Below are positions 61,651-64,000 of a DNA stretch of 64,000 bases, piece by piece; within the stretch, counting starts at the first letter, position 1, and each line of letters starts with the position of its first letter. The DNA is from Promethearchaeota archaeon. GTDB lineage: Archaea > Asgardarchaeota > Heimdallarchaeia > Hodarchaeales > Hodarchaeaceae. The stretch spans positions 224,001 to 288,000 of the forward strand of contig JBHLMN010000002.1 in NCBI GenBank assembly GCA_048938105.1, read 5' to 3'. Made by a program: the position numbers and the translations under genes. The notes under the pieces were generated by a model. The model was not told the DNA's origin. It made no database searches and saw nothing but the letters and a program-made list of their open reading frames with translations.

Positions 61651-62298
61651 TTAAAGAGGTTCATCTTGAATACCCGTTAAATACCCAAAAAGATTGGCAG
61701 CAATATGTACAAGGAATGTTATGGGAACTTGAACCAACAACCACTCTATGCGCCAAGGAATGAGTGGGTAAACAAAAATCATACCAAGGACTAGGAATCC
61801 AAGCTGATCTAAAAAAATGAAAGGGTGACCTCTTTCTATTCCACTACGCCGTTTAATAAATGATCCTATTAGATCTCCAATTAGGCCACCAAAGGCCATT
61901 ATAAGTCCAGTAAAAAAACCTAAGAGTATTGAGTTGGAGAAAAGATCTCGGAAATTAATGAGCGAAAGAAAATCGTATAAAATCCCTAAATCAAGAAAAT
62001 CTTGATAAACTAGTCTTAAAATAAGATTATCGTCTAAATATATAGGAACTGTTAAAACAGAGGTTATAAATGCAATAATCCAAGCAATAAGTCCTCCTAT
62101 AATTCCACCGAGAAGTGTACCTGTCCAAAATCCTCGGATGGTCTTTCCATCACCCAAAATTCTCTTCCCATCCCTCCAATATCTACCACCATCGATTGGG
62201 GGACCTCCACCTAGAAGGGTAGGAATGGCATTGCCAAACCATAATGGTAAAACGAATATCGTACTGTCCAGGATCACCTGGATTAATGATTCAGCCAA
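61651..62298 (-). CDS. carS: CDP-archaeol synthase
   Basis: NAIP...GG.PIDGG...DGKRILGDGKTIRG, GDLIGSFIKRR, LDQL. Confidence 0.92.
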   Translation of the reverse strand: MAESLIQVILDSTIFVLPLWFGNAIPTLLGGGPPIDGGRYWRDGKRILGDGKTIRGFWTGTLLGGIIGGLIAWIIAFITSVLTVPIYLDDNLILRLVYQDFLDLGILYDFLSLINFRDLFSNSILLGFFTGLIMAFGGLIGDLIGSFIKRRSGIERGHPFIFLDQLGFLVLGMIFVYPLIPWRIEWLLVQVPITFLVHIAANLFGYLTGIQDEPL

Positions 62299-62529
62299 AA
62301 TATCATACCCCTGCTATATAAGCTGAAACAAGTGTGTATATCCTAAATTAATAACGTGTATTCTTTTTCAATATATTTTTATTCAGATTTTTCTACCTAT
62401 TTCAAGCTAACGACTTTTTCTTTAACACTCTTTTCCTTTGTATAAAAAAAATCTACATTAAAGATGATAATAAATTTACACAAATCTCAAATAATAACGA
62501 CTTTTTCCCTTAATATTTTTCAAAAATAG

Positions 62530-63066
62530 TTAATTGGCTCTTTTCCCTAGATCAATGAATATCCGCTCATCTCCACCAATTATTTCTCCCTTAGCAAGGT
62601 AAAACGTTAAAAAGACCTTATCAGGGCTGATAACGCTGAATGAACGGGACTCCACAGAAATAATCAGCCCAATTGAGGTTTTCCAATTAGAAATAGCGGG
62701 ATACGGAAGTTTTTCAGGTTTTGCATATAAATGAATTTCATTCACCTGTTGATTGTAAAATTTAAAAGGTTGAGATGAGATATTGAATACTAAATATGGG
62801 AGTAACGGATTATTTTGCTGAAAATACAAGTTTGTCTCTTGAATAATCATACGGATACTCTGATCGTTGATAAAAAGATCATCTTGATCAATCCAATATT
62901 GTAGATTTTCTTGGATTGCTTCTAATTCTCCTTTACTTGCTCCTGTTTCCTTTAAATGGAAATAATTCTTTGATGGGTCAGAATAATAAAAATATAGAGT
63001 TTGTTGAATTTGATTTAGATATATTTTGAAATAAGCTTCAACAAATATTGGTTTTTCTTTACCCAT
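62530..63066 (-). CDS. Hypothetical protein
   Basis: 178-aa ORF. Confidence 0.6.
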   Translation of the reverse strand: MGKEKPIFVEAYFKIYLNQIQQTLYFYYSDPSKNYFHLKETGASKGELEAIQENLQYWIDQDDLFINDQSIRMIIQETNLYFQQNNPLLPYLVFNISSQPFKFYNQQVNEIHLYAKPEKLPYPAISNWKTSIGLIISVESRSFSVISPDKVFLTFYLAKGEIIGGDERIFIDLGKRAN

Positions 63067-63173
63067 TTCTCTTTCGCCTTAATTTCCAGAGAAATATTTA
63101 CTCCAATCTTGATGCAAATTGAAAATTTATATATTAAATCATTTTCCTCTAGAGCTGAAGTATGATGAAAGTT

Positions 63174-64000
63174 ATGCCATTAGGAAAGGCTCCCTGGTCT
63201 TTACTTGTCGAGCTTGTTAAGAAACAGGGGTTTAGACATAGAGGAGTATTACAAACCGCTGAGGAGGGCGTTGATGTTGCCATCCTAGATCTCCAATCAG
63301 TAATTGCAGAAGTTAATGAGTTCTATAATACACAAAGTATTCCGTACTTAGTTTATAAAGCGGATCCAATAACGTTTCCAACTCCAAATCCTTCAGAGTA
63401 CCTCATTACTGTTAACAAAAATGACCTGGCAACAGCTGGAGCCCTTCCTTATGGAATTACGGTCACAATTCTGCTACCTCCCAAATCTACTGAATCTACA
63501 CTCTTAAAACTCCAATCTAATCTTTCTGCTATTTGTGACAAATATAAAATCTCAATATTAGGTGGACATACCGAAATCTCTCAGACAGTGCAAAATCCAA
63601 TACTTTCTGCTAGTATGATCGGGTTTGTCCCTCCAGAATTTTACATTCCTCGTAATCCCCAGGTTGGTGATTCAATAATATGTTCAGGCTGGATTGGAGC
63701 AGAAGGAACAGGGATATTATTAGCAGAAGCCGATGATTTATTTTCTAATCATTTAGATCCGATCGAATATCAACAAGGTATTGATATTGGTAATAAATTA
63801 GACATATCTAATCAAGTTGTAACCTGTAATCGAAAATGGCATACTGATTTACATCTGGTTCATGATGCAACTGAAGGAGGAATCTTTGGTGCGATCTATG
63901 AATGTTTGGCACCAAAAGGATTTGGGGCTAAAATAATGTCAAAAAAAATTCCTCTCGCGCCTGTAACGAAAAAGATGGCTGATATTTTAAAAATAAACCC
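63174..64000 (+). CDS. AIR synthase-related (HypE/ThiL/PurM superfamily) protein; 3' end runs off the window
   Basis: Absent from the ORF track. MPLGKAPW...GVDVAI...ADPITF...VNKNDLATAGA...GGHTE...HDATEGG. Confidence 0.8.
   Translation, partial: MPLGKAPWSLLVELVKKQGFRHRGVLQTAEEGVDVAILDLQSVIAEVNEFYNTQSIPYLVYKADPITFPTPNPSEYLITVNKNDLATAGALPYGITVTILLPPKSTESTLLKLQSNLSAICDKYKISILGGHTEISQTVQNPILSASMIGFVPPEFYIPRNPQVGDSIICSGWIGAEGTGILLAEADDLFSNHLDPIEYQQGIDIGNKLDISNQVVTCNRKWHTDLHLVHDATEGGIFGAIYECLAPKGFGAKIMSKKIPLAPVTKKMADILKIN

Overview
AT-rich archaeal DNA (Alba, CDP-archaeol synthase, frequent GTG/TTG starts). Two capped LRR proteins and a surface protein with a cytoplasmic longin-like domain suggest an Asgard archaeon; this is an inference, and no rRNA or tRNA is visible. 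The main content is an apparently complete anaerobic benzoyl-CoA pathway split over three loci: an ATP-dependent class I benzoyl-CoA reductase operon (DUF2080-GNAT-bzdNOPQMV, 1-7.7 kb), dch and had (30-33 kb) and oah with a thiolase (47-49.5 kb). Supporting genes include a tungsten AOR operon, an aminotransferase, IorAB, a CoA ligase, two acyl-CoA dehydrogenases around a ferredoxin-fused EtfAB, and hbd. Accessory genes are interleaved (VapBC, PadR/HAAS-RDD, methyltransferases, an orphan extended EutA, several nonsense-riddled pseudogenes). The best novelty candidates are: (i) a single-pass receptor-like protein whose cytoplasmic domain resembles the FLCN/SMCR8 longin domain with an ARG arginine-finger-like motif; (ii) a DUF35-FabG fusion behind an SCP-x thiolase; (iii) a DUF2080/GNAT module with a duplicated operator-like region heading the reductase operon; (iv) an ATP-citrate-lyase-like pair converging on a lone CitF; (v) a bZIP-like small protein. 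All assignments come from motif recognition by eye; no searches were run.
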